DNA of 64,000 nt from Polyangiales bacterium (GTDB lineage: Bacteria > Myxococcota_A > Polyangia > Polyangiales > Polyangiaceae): assembly GCA_038231275.1 (NCBI GenBank), contig JBBRLQ010000033.1, forward strand, positions 1 through 64,000, read 5' to 3'. The first letter of the stretch is position 1, and every line of letters starts with the position of its first letter. A program made the position numbers and the translations under genes. The notes under the pieces were generated by a model that was not told where the DNA came from, searched no databases, and saw only the letters and a list, made by a program, of their open reading frames with translations. Shown piece after piece: positions 17,847 through 27,636 of the stretch.

Positions 17847-19568
17847 ATGCGCCCCACCCTCCTCCTCCTCCCCGCTCTCCTGACGTTCCTCGTTCCGGCG
17901 GTCGCCGCCGCGCAAGACGCCGCACCTACCGCGCCTGCTGCGCCCGTCGAGCCGGCGCAGCCCGCGCCGCCGGTCCCGCCGCCTCCTCCCGGTGACGCGC
18001 CGGTCGGTCCCGCCGCGCCGTTGCCGCCTGACGATGGCGCCTCGCCGACCGCGCCCGAGGGCGCGACGACGCCGGACAGCGCGCTCGCGAAGGACGGGCA
18101 TCCACTCGCCGGTTACCACGACGGCCTCTTCTACCTTCGTGACCCGAACGACAACTTCCGCCTCCACCTGCAGACGCGCGCGCAGGTCGACTTCTACTCG
18201 TACCTCGGCCCAGGCGTCCCCGACACGACGCTGAAGCCGACCATGTTCCTGCGGCGCATCCGCCCGGAGATCACCGGCGAGCTGTTCCACAAGTGGTGGT
18301 TCATGGTCGGCGGCGATTTCGGCGCGTCCGCGCTCGACAACCCGAAGGGCACCAACGCGGCGAACACCGGCGACCCGACGAAGGCGCCCGATCCCACGAC
18401 GGGGCTGCCGCCGCCGACGCCCCGCTACGGATCCGCGCAGACCGCGCGCGTCTCGGCGGCCGCCGCCGACGTGTTCCTCAACTACCGCCCGGCGTCGATC
18501 GTGAACATCCAGGTCGGCCAGTTCGACGCGCCGTTCATGCTCGAGAACCGAACGAGCGACAAATACCTCCAGTTCATGGAGCGCTCGCTGGCGGTGCGCG
18601 CGGTCGGCATCCCGACGAACAAAGAGATCGGCGCGATGGTGTGGGGCGAGACGCAAAGCCGCGTCCTCTTCTACTCGGTCGGCCTCTTCAACGGCGAGGG
18701 CCAGAACCGCCTCGCCGCCGACAGCCGCCCCGAAGTGATGGCGCGCGTCTTCGCGCACCCGCTCGTCACCCTGATCAACGATCCCGTCCTGAAGGACATC
18801 CAGATCGGCGGCAGCTTCCGCTACACGGCGAAGGACAAAAAATACATCGAGTACGACTACCCGGGCCTCACGACGCAGGGCAATTACGCCTTCTGGAGCC
18901 CGGTCTACAAGGGCGCCGCGGGGTACACGCACATCATCCCGAGCGGCGATCAGCTCGGCCTCGCCGCGGAGCTCCGCGTGCCGGTGTCGATGTTCGATCT
19001 GACCGGCGAGCTCGTCTACATCAAGAACAACACGCGCGAGGCCATCGAGGGCTACGAGACCACGAACACCGAGCGCATGGGCGACATGTCCGGGATATCG
19101 TACTACCTCCAGCTCGGGTTCTGGCCGATCGGCACGCGCGACATCAACGGCGCGCCGGGCTACGAGAACATGCCGCACGTCGACTTCAAGAAGCCGGTCG
19201 TCACGAAGCCGCCGCGCGCGCTGCAGCTCCTCGCCAAATGGGAGCAGCTCGCGCTCACGTACTCGAGCGCCAGCCGAGCGGGCATCGCCGACGCCAAGAA
19301 CATCGATGGCGACATCAAGGTCAACGCGTTCAGCCTCGGCGCCAATTACTGGATCACGAAGCACATCCGCCTCTCGGCGAACTACGTACTCAACATGTTC
19401 CCGGACTCGGCACCCACGTCGGTGACCGCCCAGGGCGGGCCGGTTCAGACAGGGACGAACCGCGCGATCGCGCCAGGCAACACGCTGTCGAAGGGCGTCA
19501 ACGACACCGCGCGCGACACGGCGCACGAGGTCCACGAGCTCCTCTTCCGCGTTGCGGTCGCGCTGTAG
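17847..19568 (+). CDS. Phosphate-selective porin OprO/OprP-like protein
   Basis: Signal peptide, Pro-rich linker, FLRRIRP, GQFDAPF.LE..TSD..LQFMERS and YSVGLFNG motifs. Context beside the pst genes. Confidence 0.75.
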   Translation: MRPTLLLLPALLTFLVPAVAAAQDAAPTAPAAPVEPAQPAPPVPPPPPGDAPVGPAAPLPPDDGASPTAPEGATTPDSALAKDGHPLAGYHDGLFYLRDPNDNFRLHLQTRAQVDFYSYLGPGVPDTTLKPTMFLRRIRPEITGELFHKWWFMVGGDFGASALDNPKGTNAANTGDPTKAPDPTTGLPPPTPRYGSAQTARVSAAAADVFLNYRPASIVNIQVGQFDAPFMLENRTSDKYLQFMERSLAVRAVGIPTNKEIGAMVWGETQSRVLFYSVGLFNGEGQNRLAADSRPEVMARVFAHPLVTLINDPVLKDIQIGGSFRYTAKDKKYIEYDYPGLTTQGNYAFWSPVYKGAAGYTHIIPSGDQLGLAAELRVPVSMFDLTGELVYIKNNTREAIEGYETTNTERMGDMSGISYYLQLGFWPIGTRDINGAPGYENMPHVDFKKPVVTKPPRALQLLAKWEQLALTYSSASRAGIADAKNIDGDIKVNAFSLGANYWITKHIRLSANYVLNMFPDSAPTSVTAQGGPVQTGTNRAIAPGNTLSKGVNDTARDTAHEVHELLFRVAVAL

Positions 19569-19630
19569 GGTCACGCCACTTCGCGGAACGCCGGCGAGGT
19601 GATCGGCGTGCGACTCGCGGCGTGAGCGCA

Positions 19631-19648
19631 GTTCACCGAAGCGTCACG
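19631..19648 (+). promoter_or_regulatory. Putative Pho box upstream of phoB2-pst operon
   Basis: GTTCACCGAAGCGTCACG: TTCAC and GTCAC are 11 bp apart. Confidence 0.65.
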
Positions 19649-19692
19649 ATCGCGCCATCGTGCCTCCGCACGCCGCTCCTACGAATAGCGGC

Positions 19693-20379
19693 ATGGCGCG
19701 AGTGCTCGTGGTCGAGGACGAGGCGGATCTCCGTGACATCCTCGAATACAACCTGACGGAGGCCGGTCACAAGGTAGCGCTCGCCGCGACCGGCGGCGAC
19801 GGGCTGCGGCTCGCGCGCGAAGGCCGACCTGACCTCGTCCTTCTCGACTTGATGCTCCCCGACATGGCCGGCACCGAGGTGTGCCGCGCCATCAAGGCGG
19901 ACGCGGCGATGCGAACGACCCGCGTGATGATCGTCACCGCGAAGGGCGAAGAGATCGATCGCGTCGTGGGCTTCGAGCTCGGCGCCGACGACTACGTGGT
20001 GAAGCCCTTCAGCGTTCGCGAGATGCTCCTCCGCGTCCAAGCCGTCCTTCGCCGCTCCTCCGAGGAGCCCGCGGCGGGCCGCGCGATCGAGTTCGGCGCG
20101 CTCCGCATCGATCGGGAAGCTCACCGCGTCGTCGTCTCCGGCGAGGAGGTCCCGCTCACGACGCTCGAGTTCAAGCTGCTCGTGACGCTGCTCGAGCGAA
20201 AGAACCGCGTGCAAAGCCGCTCGGTCCTCTTGAGCGACGTCTGGGGCATCGATGCCGACATCACGTCGCGCACCGTCGACACGCACGTCAAACGTCTCCG
20301 CGAGAAGCTCGGCGTCGCGGGTCAGTACGTCGAGACCGTGCGCGGCGTCGGCTACCGCTTCAGCGAGAGCCCCTCGTGA
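19693..20379 (+). CDS. phoB: PhoB/OmpR-family response regulator (copy 2)
   Basis: Close paralog of 14031-14717 (shared [16 protein letters not shown] and [10 protein letters not shown]). Overlaps the pstB start. Confidence 0.85.
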   Translation: MARVLVVEDEADLRDILEYNLTEAGHKVALAATGGDGLRLAREGRPDLVLLDLMLPDMAGTEVCRAIKADAAMRTTRVMIVTAKGEEIDRVVGFELGADDYVVKPFSVREMLLRVQAVLRRSSEEPAAGRAIEFGALRIDREAHRVVVSGEEVPLTTLEFKLLVTLLERKNRVQSRSVLLSDVWGIDADITSRTVDTHVKRLREKLGVAGQYVETVRGVGYRFSESPS

Positions 20380-21164
20380 GGCTCGCCGCGCTCGCGACGG
20401 ACGGACCCGGCCCGGTGAAGATGCGGGCGACGGCGCTCACCGTGCGCTACGGCGACAAGGAGGCCGTGAAGGACGTCACGCTCGACGTCCGCGAGAAGGA
20501 GGTCCTCGCCCTCATCGGACCCAGCGGCTGCGGAAAATCGACGTTTCTCCGCACGCTCAACCGCATGAACGACACCATCGACGGGGTCGCGGTCACCGGC
20601 TCGGTACACCTCGACGGCCAGGACATCTATGCGCCCGGCGTCGACGCGGTGCTCGTGCGCCGGCGCGTCGGGATGGTCTTCCAGCGCTCGAACCCGTTCC
20701 CCAAGACCATCTTCGAGAACGTCGCGTACGGCCTCAAGATCGCGGGAATCACCGAGCGCCCGCTCCTCGAGCAACGTGTCGAGCGCGCGCTCCGGCAAGC
20801 GGCGCTCTGGGAAGAGGTGAAGGATCGCCTCGCCGAGTCGGGCCTGAGCCTCTCGGGCGGCCAGCAGCAGCGTCTGTGCATCGCGCGCGCGCTCGCCGTC
20901 GAGCCGCAGGTCCTCTTGATGGACGAGCCCGCGAGCGCGCTAGACCCGATCGCCACGAGCAAGGTCGAGGACCTCGTGAGTGAGCTCCGCAGCGAGCTCA
21001 CCATCGTCATCGTCACGCACAACATGCAGCAAGCGGCGCGCGTGTCGCAGAGGACGGGCTTTTTCTACATGGGGAAGCTCGTCGAGATCGGCGACACGAC
21101 GACGCTCTTTACCCGCCCGAAAGAGCGGGCCACCGAGGACTACATCACCGGGAGGTTCGGATGA
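20376..21164 (+). CDS. pstB: Phosphate ABC transporter ATP-binding protein
   Basis: [37 protein letters not shown] and [10 protein letters not shown]. Start approximate. Confidence 0.95.
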   Translation: MRLAALATDGPGPVKMRATALTVRYGDKEAVKDVTLDVREKEVLALIGPSGCGKSTFLRTLNRMNDTIDGVAVTGSVHLDGQDIYAPGVDAVLVRRRVGMVFQRSNPFPKTIFENVAYGLKIAGITERPLLEQRVERALRQAALWEEVKDRLAESGLSLSGGQQQRLCIARALAVEPQVLLMDEPASALDPIATSKVEDLVSELRSELTIVIVTHNMQQAARVSQRTGFFYMGKLVEIGDTTTLFTRPKERATEDYITGRFG

Positions 21165-22069
21165 TTTCATTTCGCACGCTCGCATTGACCACGGGCTTCG
21201 TCTTCGCCGCGATCGGCTGCACGCGCACCGAAACGCAGCAGCAGGGTGCGCCGAGCGGCAGCACCTCCACCACCGGCGCGCAGCCGACCACCGGCAAGTC
21301 GGCGATCTCCATCAAGGGCTCGGACACGATGGTCATCCTCGGCCAGCGCTGGGCCGAGACGTACATGAAGGAGAACCCCGGCATCACCGTCCAGGTGACC
21401 GGCGGCGGCTCCGGCACCGGCATCGCCGCCCTCATCAACGGCAGCACCGACGTCTGCGAGTCGAGCCGCCCGATGAAGGACAAGGAGAAGGAAGACCTCA
21501 AGGCCAAGCGCAGCGCCGACGCCGTGGAGACGAGGGTCGCCCTCGACGCGCTCGCGATCTACGTCAACGCGAAGAGCCCGATGCAGGAGATCTCGATCCC
21601 GCAGCTCGCGAAGATTTACCTCGGCGAGACGAAGAACTGGAAGGACGTCGGCGGCCCCAACCACGCCATCATCCTCTACGGCCGCGAGAACAACTCTGGC
21701 ACCTACGGCTACTTCAAAGAGCACGTCCTCGTGAACAAGGATTTTGCGGCGGCGACGCAGACGCTCGCGGGCACCTCTGCGGTCGTCAACGCCGTGAAGG
21801 GCGACGAGTTCGGCATCGGCTACGGCGGAATCGCCTACCTCGAGGGGATTCGCGCGCTCAAAGTGAAGAAGGACGACGCGTCGCCCGCGATCACTCCTTC
21901 GCTCGAGACCGCGCAGAACGGCACCTACCCCATCGGGCGCTTCCTCTTCTTCTACACGGCGGGGCAGCCCGAGCCGACGACGAAGAAGTTCATCGACTGG
22001 GTGGTCGGCGACACTGGGCAGAAGGTCATCGGCGACGTCGGGTATTACCCGCTCCCGAAGGCGAAGTAG
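21161..22069 (+). CDS. pstS: Phosphate-binding lipoprotein
   Basis: Lipobox [28 protein letters not shown] and YPIGR motifs. Confidence 0.93.
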   Translation: MISFRTLALTTGFVFAAIGCTRTETQQQGAPSGSTSTTGAQPTTGKSAISIKGSDTMVILGQRWAETYMKENPGITVQVTGGGSGTGIAALINGSTDVCESSRPMKDKEKEDLKAKRSADAVETRVALDALAIYVNAKSPMQEISIPQLAKIYLGETKNWKDVGGPNHAIILYGRENNSGTYGYFKEHVLVNKDFAAATQTLAGTSAVVNAVKGDEFGIGYGGIAYLEGIRALKVKKDDASPAITPSLETAQNGTYPIGRFLFFYTAGQPEPTTKKFIDWVVGDTGQKVIGDVGYYPLPKAK

Positions 22070-22074
22070 CGGTC

Positions 22075-23052
22075 GTGCAAGACGTGACGACCGTGGAACC
22101 CGACGCCGCGAGCGAGCGCCGACCGTCGCTCGTCGCGAAGGGGCGCATAGGAGAGCGCCTCGTCGAAGGGCTCATCAAGGTCGTCGCGCTCGCGTCCATC
22201 GCGGCGGTGCTCCTCATCCTCGTCTTCGTCGGCAAGGAAGCGCTGCCGGTCCTGACGAGCGCGGTCGTCCACAAAGAGGTGAGCCTGGGCGGTCTCTTCG
22301 CGCCCCGCGACGGCGTCTTCGGTTGGCAGCCCGTCAGCGACATTCCCAAGTACAACATCGTCCCGCTCCTCGTCGGCAGCGCCAAGGTGACCCTGATCGC
22401 GCTCGTGTTCGCGGTTCCGATGAGCGTCGCCGCTGCGGTCTACGTATCGGAGATGGCGGGCAAGCGAACACGCGAGCTCTTGAAGCCGGCGATCGAGCTG
22501 CTCGCTGGCGTGCCCAGCGTGGTCGTCGGCTTTTTTGCGCTCGTCGTGCTCTCGTCGTGGGTGCAGGCGGCGTTCGGCACCGAGCATCGTCTGAACGCGC
22601 TCGTCGCCGGCATCGGCCTCGCGTTCGCGATCTGCCCGATCGTCTTCAGCGTCTCCGAGGACGCGCTGCGCGCCGTGCCGGGCTCGTACCGCACCGCCGC
22701 CATCGCGCTCGGCTCGACGCGATCGCAGACGACGCTGCGTGTGGTGCTACCGGCAGCCGGCCCCGGCATCGCGGCGGCCATCGTCCTCGGCTTCGGTCGC
22801 GCGATCGGCGAGACGATGATCGTGGTCCTCGCGTCGGGCAACGCCGCGCTCCTGGACGGCTCGCTCGACCACTCGGCGCGCACGATCACCGCGACGATCG
22901 CGCAAGAGCTCGGTGAGGTCGTCGTCGGGAGCCCGCACTACCACGTGCTCTTCTTCCTCGGCGCGGTCCTCTTCCTCTCTACCTTCGCCGTCAATTTCTT
23001 CGGCGAGCGGATGGTGCACGGGATGCGCGCACGCCTCGGAGGCTCACGATGA
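22075..23052 (+). CDS. pstC: Phosphate ABC transporter permease
   Basis: KPAIELLAGVPSVVVG, SEDALRAVP and GRAIGETM. Start approximate. Confidence 0.93.
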   Translation: MQDVTTVEPDAASERRPSLVAKGRIGERLVEGLIKVVALASIAAVLLILVFVGKEALPVLTSAVVHKEVSLGGLFAPRDGVFGWQPVSDIPKYNIVPLLVGSAKVTLIALVFAVPMSVAAAVYVSEMAGKRTRELLKPAIELLAGVPSVVVGFFALVVLSSWVQAAFGTEHRLNALVAGIGLAFAICPIVFSVSEDALRAVPGSYRTAAIALGSTRSQTTLRVVLPAAGPGIAAAIVLGFGRAIGETMIVVLASGNAALLDGSLDHSARTITATIAQELGEVVVGSPHYHVLFFLGAVLFLSTFAVNFFGERMVHGMRARLGGSR

Positions 23053-24002
23053 GCGCCCAGACGCAGCCCACCACGACGACGGTGTCCTGGGCCCGGCAGA
23101 ATCGAAGCTTCATGGGCGATCGTGTCCTGTCGGTCCTGACGATCTCGGCCACCGTCGTGATCCTCCTCATGCTCGTCGTGATCCTCGGCGACGTGGTGAT
23201 CGGCGGCGCGCGCGTCATCTCGTGGGAGTTCGTCAGCGCGGCGCCCACCCACGGGATGACGGCCGGCGGCATTTTCCCGGCGATCTTCGGCACCGTCGCG
23301 CTCACGCTGCTCATGACGATCGCGGCCGTCCCCGCCGGCGTCGCGACCGCGATCTACCTCGCCGAGTACGCGCCCGCGTCGTCGCGCCTCGCGCGCGCGA
23401 TCCGGGTCTGCATCGCGAACCTCGCCGGTGTTCCTTCGATCGTGTTCGGCCTCTTCGGCCTCGGCTTTTTCATCTCGACCGTCGGCAAGGGCATCGACGA
23501 CGCGGTGTTCGCCGGGCAGGCGACGTACGGCAAGCCGTCGCTCATCTGGGCCGCCCTCACCCTTTCCATCCTGACGTTGCCGGTCGTCGTCGTCGCGACC
23601 GAAGAGGCAATCCGGGCCGTGCCTCGCGACGTGCGTGACGCCAGCCTGGCGCTTGGCGCCACCAAGCTCCAGACAATCTTCCGCGTCGTCCTCCCCGAGG
23701 CGCTCGGAGGGATCCTCACCGGCAGCATCCTCGCCGTGAGCCGCGGCGCGGGTGAGGTCGCGCCGATCCTCTTCACCGGGGCCGCGTACTTTCTCCCCTA
23801 TTTGCCGACGAATTTGAACGATCCGTTCATGAGCCTGGGCTACCACGTGTATGTCCTCGCGACGCAGTCGCCGGACGTCGATCGCACGAAGCCGCTTCTT
23901 TACGGCACCGTGCTCGTCCTCTTGTCGCTCACCTTCCTCTTGAACTTCGTCGCCGTCGCGATCCGCGCGCGCACGCGTCGCCGCCTCAAGGCGTCGCTCT
24001 AG
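23049..24002 (+). CDS. pstA: Phosphate ABC transporter permease
   Basis: GGIFPAIFGT, IYLAEYA, NLAGVPSIVFGLFG and RGAGEVAP. Confidence 0.93.
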   Translation: MSAQTQPTTTTVSWARQNRSFMGDRVLSVLTISATVVILLMLVVILGDVVIGGARVISWEFVSAAPTHGMTAGGIFPAIFGTVALTLLMTIAAVPAGVATAIYLAEYAPASSRLARAIRVCIANLAGVPSIVFGLFGLGFFISTVGKGIDDAVFAGQATYGKPSLIWAALTLSILTLPVVVVATEEAIRAVPRDVRDASLALGATKLQTIFRVVLPEALGGILTGSILAVSRGAGEVAPILFTGAAYFLPYLPTNLNDPFMSLGYHVYVLATQSPDVDRTKPLLYGTVLVLLSLTFLLNFVAVAIRARTRRRLKASL

Positions 24003-24011
24003 GAGACTTCC

Positions 24012-24728
24012 ATGCCGTCGTCACACACCAGCAGAGACTTCGAGGCCGAGCTCCGAGAGCTCCGCGCGCACACGCTGGCGATGGGGGCGCGGTGCGAGCG
24101 GAGCCTGCGCCTCGCCCTCGAGGCGTTCTGGACGCAGTCGGACAAGATCGTGGCCGAGGTGAAGGAGCTCGATTACAAGATCGATCGCGACGAGGTGGAC
24201 ATCGACGCGCTCGTGCTCCGGATCCTCGCCCTTCGACAGCCCGTCGCGTACGACCTGCGACTTCTGGCCACCGCGCTCAAGCTGGTGACCGATCTCGAGC
24301 GCATCGGCGACGAGGCCGTCAACATCGCCGAGCGCGCCGAGGAGGCCCACGGGCAGTCGAAGGATCAGGTCCAGTCCGAGCTCCGCGCGATGGCCGATCA
24401 CGCGCAGCAGATGCTCCGCGACGCGCTCGACGCGTTCGTCGAAGGGGATGTGCAGCGGGCCGCGCTCATTCGCAGCCGCGACGACGCGGTCGACGCGCTC
24501 TACGGAGAGATCCTCCGCGCGATGACCACGTTCATGGCCGCGCACCCCGAGGAGGTGATGCCGGCCGTGCGCGTCATCAAGGTCGCGAAGTACATCGAGC
24601 GGATCGCCGATCACGCGACCAACATCGCCGAAGAGGTGATCTTCATGGTCCAGGGGGACGACGTTCGGCACCAGACGTATCCGCCGCCGACCGCGTCGTC
24701 GAAGGTCCTCGGACGCGCCAAGGGATAG
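24012..24728 (+). CDS. phoU: Phosphate signalling regulator PhoU
   Basis: ALRQPVAYDLR, DLERIGDEAVNIA and ERIADHATNIAE. SD AGGAG at 24001. Confidence 0.95.
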   Translation: MPSSHTSRDFEAELRELRAHTLAMGARCERSLRLALEAFWTQSDKIVAEVKELDYKIDRDEVDIDALVLRILALRQPVAYDLRLLATALKLVTDLERIGDEAVNIAERAEEAHGQSKDQVQSELRAMADHAQQMLRDALDAFVEGDVQRAALIRSRDDAVDALYGEILRAMTTFMAAHPEEVMPAVRVIKVAKYIERIADHATNIAEEVIFMVQGDDVRHQTYPPPTASSKVLGRAKG

Positions 24729-24754
24729 CGGCGCGTAGCGGCATCACTCTTGCG

Positions 24755-25156
24755 ATGGGTGAGAGCATGAGCAGCCCCAACCTCTCCGCTTCGAGCGCGC
24801 GGCCTTCGGTGGACGCGCCCATCCGTCTCGCGATCGACGTCTCGCCCACCAGCGAGTCGCACTTCTTCGTCGGCCTCACGGGCGACCTGTCGCAGGGAGG
24901 CCTCTTCGTCGCGACGTACCGGGACCTCGCGGTCGGGACTCCGGTCATCGTCGCGTGCCGGCTGGGAGACGACGAGGGCGAGGACGAAGTCCTCCTCTTT
25001 GGGCTCGTCGCGTGGCAACGTGACGCGGGCGAGGGCGCCTTCCCGGGCATCGGGGTGCGCTTCGGCGATCTGTCGGGCCCGCGCCTCGCCGTCGTCGAGC
25101 GCTTCTGCCGCGCGCGCGCGCCGCTCTTCTACGAGGTCGATCTCGTCGCGGCCTGA
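24755..25156 (+). CDS. Myxobacterial PilZ-like (TIGR02266-like) protein
   Basis: SESHFFVGLTGDLSQGGLFVATY, GIGVRF and RAPLFYE. No clear N-terminal RxxxR motif. Confidence 0.75.
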   Translation: MGESMSSPNLSASSARPSVDAPIRLAIDVSPTSESHFFVGLTGDLSQGGLFVATYRDLAVGTPVIVACRLGDDEGEDEVLLFGLVAWQRDAGEGAFPGIGVRFGDLSGPRLAVVERFCRARAPLFYEVDLVAA

Positions 25157-25172
25157 GGCGCTCAAACCCTCG

Positions 25173-25250
25173 TCAGCCCGTCACGCGGTGGACGAAGAAT
25201 ACGAGGACGAACGCGAGCGCGACCATGCCCATGGCGTCTACGGAGGTCAT
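25173..25250 (-). CDS. Putative 25-aa single-TM small protein (MTSVDAMGMVALAFVLVFFVHRVTG)
   Basis: Read directly from the minus strand; below the ORF-track cutoff. Hydrophobic core, with a Pho-box-like repeat 23 nt upstream. Confidence 0.5.
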   Translation of the reverse strand: MTSVDAMGMVALAFVLVFFVHRVTG

Positions 25251-25273
25251 CACATTCGAAGGTGCGCCCGCAA

Positions 25274-25291
25274 CGTGACGGGCGCGTGAAC
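25274..25291 (-). promoter_or_regulatory. Putative Pho box facing the small ORF
   Basis: Minus strand GTTCACGCGCCCGTCACG has the same GTTCAC-N5-CGTCACG pattern as 19631-19648. Confidence 0.6.
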
Positions 25292-25375
25292 GACTGGGAA
25301 AAACCACGCGTCGACACGCGAACGTCACACCGGCGACGCGGAGGCGACGAGCGGGCCCTCCACATTCGGGTCGAA

Positions 25376-27127
25376 ATGAGCGCGCCCCGCTTCGCCGCGA
25401 TCGACGTCGGATCCAACGCCCTGCGCCTGCGGATCGTGGAGGCCGACGAGCCCGGCGCTTGGCGCGAGATCGCGTCGATGAGGGTGCCGGTCCGGCTCGG
25501 CCGTGAGGTCTTCGTCACGCGGCGTCTTTCGGGCGGCGCGCTGGGCGACGCGTGCCGCGCGATGAAGTCCTTCCGCGAGCGCATGGATCAGGAGCGCGTG
25601 GTCGGCTACCGCGCCGTCGCTACAAGCGCGGTGCGTGAGGCTCAGAACGGCGCGACGCTCGCCGAACGCGCGCGCCGGGAGGCCGGCATCGATCTCGAGA
25701 TCATCGAGGGCATCGAAGAAGCGCGCATCGTCGAGGAGGCGGTCGCGCGCGAGGTCCGTCTCGAAGGCCCGGCGCTCCTCGTCGACGTGGGTGGCGGCTC
25801 CACCGAGCTCACCGTCGTCGACGGCGGGGCGACGACGTTCTCGACCTCACTGCCCCTCGGCACCGTGCGCTTGCTCGAGACGTACCTCGCGGGCGGAGGC
25901 GTCGTGGAGAAGAAGACGCAGCGCTTGGTGCGCGAAGCGATCGATCGCGCGCTCTCTCCCGTGCTCCCCAAGCTGCTTCGCGCGCGCGTCGCCCACGTCG
26001 TCGGTACCGGCGGGAACGTGGACGCGCTGGCGTCGCTGTGCCCCGGCCGCGGCGCGAGCGTCGACGTTTCGGAGATGAAGTCGCTCCTCGCGAAGATGGT
26101 GCAGATGACGCCGACCGCCCGCGAGCGCGAGTACGATCTGCGCCCCGATCGCGCGGACACCATCGTCCCGGCCGCGATGATCTTCGCGCGCATTGCCGAC
26201 GCGCTCGGCGTCGACCACGTCGCGGCGCCAGGGGTCGGCGTCAAGGAAGGCATCCTCCACGAGCTCGTCCTCCGGCACTTCCAGGCCTGGGACGCCGCGG
26301 GCCACGACGCCGCGGTCCTCGACGCGTGCCGCGCGCTTGGCCGGAAATTCGAGTGGGACGAGGCGCACGGCGAGAAGGTCTGCGCGCTCGCCCGTCGCCT
26401 GTTCGACGATCTCGCCGCGGTGCACGGGCTGGGCGCCCGCGCTCGGCTGCTCCTCCAGGCCGGGGCGCTCTTGCACGACGTCGGCGACTTCGTCCGCTAC
26501 GACGGCCACCACAAGCACGGCTATTACCTCATCACCCACTCGGACATCATGGGCCTCTCGCCGCAGGAGCGCGCGGTCGTGGCCAACGTCGCGCGGTACC
26601 ACCGCAAGAGCGCGCCGAGCGAGTCGCACGCGAACTTCCGTGAGCTCGGGCGAGAGGATCGGGAGACCGTGCGCGGGCTCGCCGCGATCCTGCGCATCGC
26701 CGACGCGCTCGATCGCGAGCACAAGGGCAAGGTCGTCGGCGTGAAGGCCACCGTCGGAAAGACCCGCGTGCGCCTGCACGTCGACGGCGCGGCGGATCGC
26801 GAGCTGGAGGAGTGGACCGTCCTCGAGAAGGCGGCGCTCTTCCGCGACGTGTTCGGTCTCGACGTCGTGCTCGCGCCTCAGGATCGGACGCGGCGCATCA
26901 GCCGGGCGATCGCCGCGGCGTTCCAGGCGGCGAAGCCCAAGAACATCACCACGAGCGCCACGGCCCAGCGTGCCTGGTCCGGCGCCTCGCCGTCGACGAT
27001 GAGCCATGCGCCTGCGGGCACCGGCGTCCCCGTGCGCTCTGCGATCGCCGCGCGGAGGCCGCGATGGCGCGGACCGGTCGCGTCGAAGCGCATCAGCCGC
27101 CCGCGCAGCTCGGTCGGCGGAACGTAG
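25376..27127 (+). CDS. ppx: Ppx/GppA exopolyphosphatase with HD-like domain
   Basis: AIDVGSNALRL, ATSAVREA, EEAR, DVGGGSTE, RADTI, LHDVG, HHKH, ARYHRK and LRIADALD. Family-like sequence ends near 26880 but the frame stays open to 27127. Confidence 0.92.
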   Translation: MSAPRFAAIDVGSNALRLRIVEADEPGAWREIASMRVPVRLGREVFVTRRLSGGALGDACRAMKSFRERMDQERVVGYRAVATSAVREAQNGATLAERARREAGIDLEIIEGIEEARIVEEAVAREVRLEGPALLVDVGGGSTELTVVDGGATTFSTSLPLGTVRLLETYLAGGGVVEKKTQRLVREAIDRALSPVLPKLLRARVAHVVGTGGNVDALASLCPGRGASVDVSEMKSLLAKMVQMTPTAREREYDLRPDRADTIVPAAMIFARIADALGVDHVAAPGVGVKEGILHELVLRHFQAWDAAGHDAAVLDACRALGRKFEWDEAHGEKVCALARRLFDDLAAVHGLGARARLLLQAGALLHDVGDFVRYDGHHKHGYYLITHSDIMGLSPQERAVVANVARYHRKSAPSESHANFRELGREDRETVRGLAAILRIADALDREHKGKVVGVKATVGKTRVRLHVDGAADRELEEWTVLEKAALFRDVFGLDVVLAPQDRTRRISRAIAAAFQAAKPKNITTSATAQRAWSGASPSTMSHAPAGTGVPVRSAIAARRPRWRGPVASKRISRPRSSVGGT

Positions 27128-27543
27128 CGCGACGTCTCCTCGCCGGCGGGAACGCGAACCTCCACGTACACGTCGGGACGGCCGGCCACCGGCGTCACGC
27201 GGAACGAGTCCTCGACGAACGGGCGCTCGTACCGGATCGCTCCGGCCGCGCTCATCATGCCGCGCGCCTGCACGAACGTGTTTGGCGCGAAGGCCCCGAC
27301 CGGCGCGCTGCGGAGCTCGCCCAGATCGTTCTCCCGGGGGGCCGCAAACGCATAGGCCGCGTCACGCCAGAGCGAGGCCACCATCGCCACCGATGCGACC
27401 GCCGTGAGCGCCAAAACCAGGAGGGTCACCCGCCGCTCGCCGCGCGGCGGGTCCGGCAGGGCGACGAGCTCCGGATCGACCTCGTCCGAGGCCTTCCCTA
27501 GCAATTCCAGCGAGTTGTCTTGAGTCGTCACGTCCGTCGGCAC
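26878..27543 (-). CDS. Hypothetical two-TM membrane protein
   Basis: DPELVALPDPP, N- and C-terminal hydrophobic segments, GC-rich third codon positions. Upstream TATACT and GGAG. Confidence 0.7.
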   Translation of the reverse strand: MPTDVTTQDNSLELLGKASDEVDPELVALPDPPRGERRVTLLVLALTAVASVAMVASLWRDAAYAFAAPRENDLGELRSAPVGAFAPNTFVQARGMMSAAGAIRYERPFVEDSFRVTPVAGRPDVYVEVRVPAGEETSRYVPPTELRGRLMRFDATGPRHRGLRAAIAERTGTPVPAGAWLIVDGEAPDQARWAVALVVMFLGFAAWNAAAIARLMRRVRS

Positions 27544-27636
27544 GGGATTTCGCTCCAGAGTATAGCGTGTTCGAAGGATGGGACAGCACGCCGCCGCAAA
27601 TGTTCCGGCGTCCCAAGCTCTGCGTGTGGCCTACCC

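Noticed and set aside
27538..27555. Sigma54-like CGGCACGGGATTTCGC
   Set aside because: The GG-GC spacing is 11 rather than 10, and no + strand gene lies downstream.
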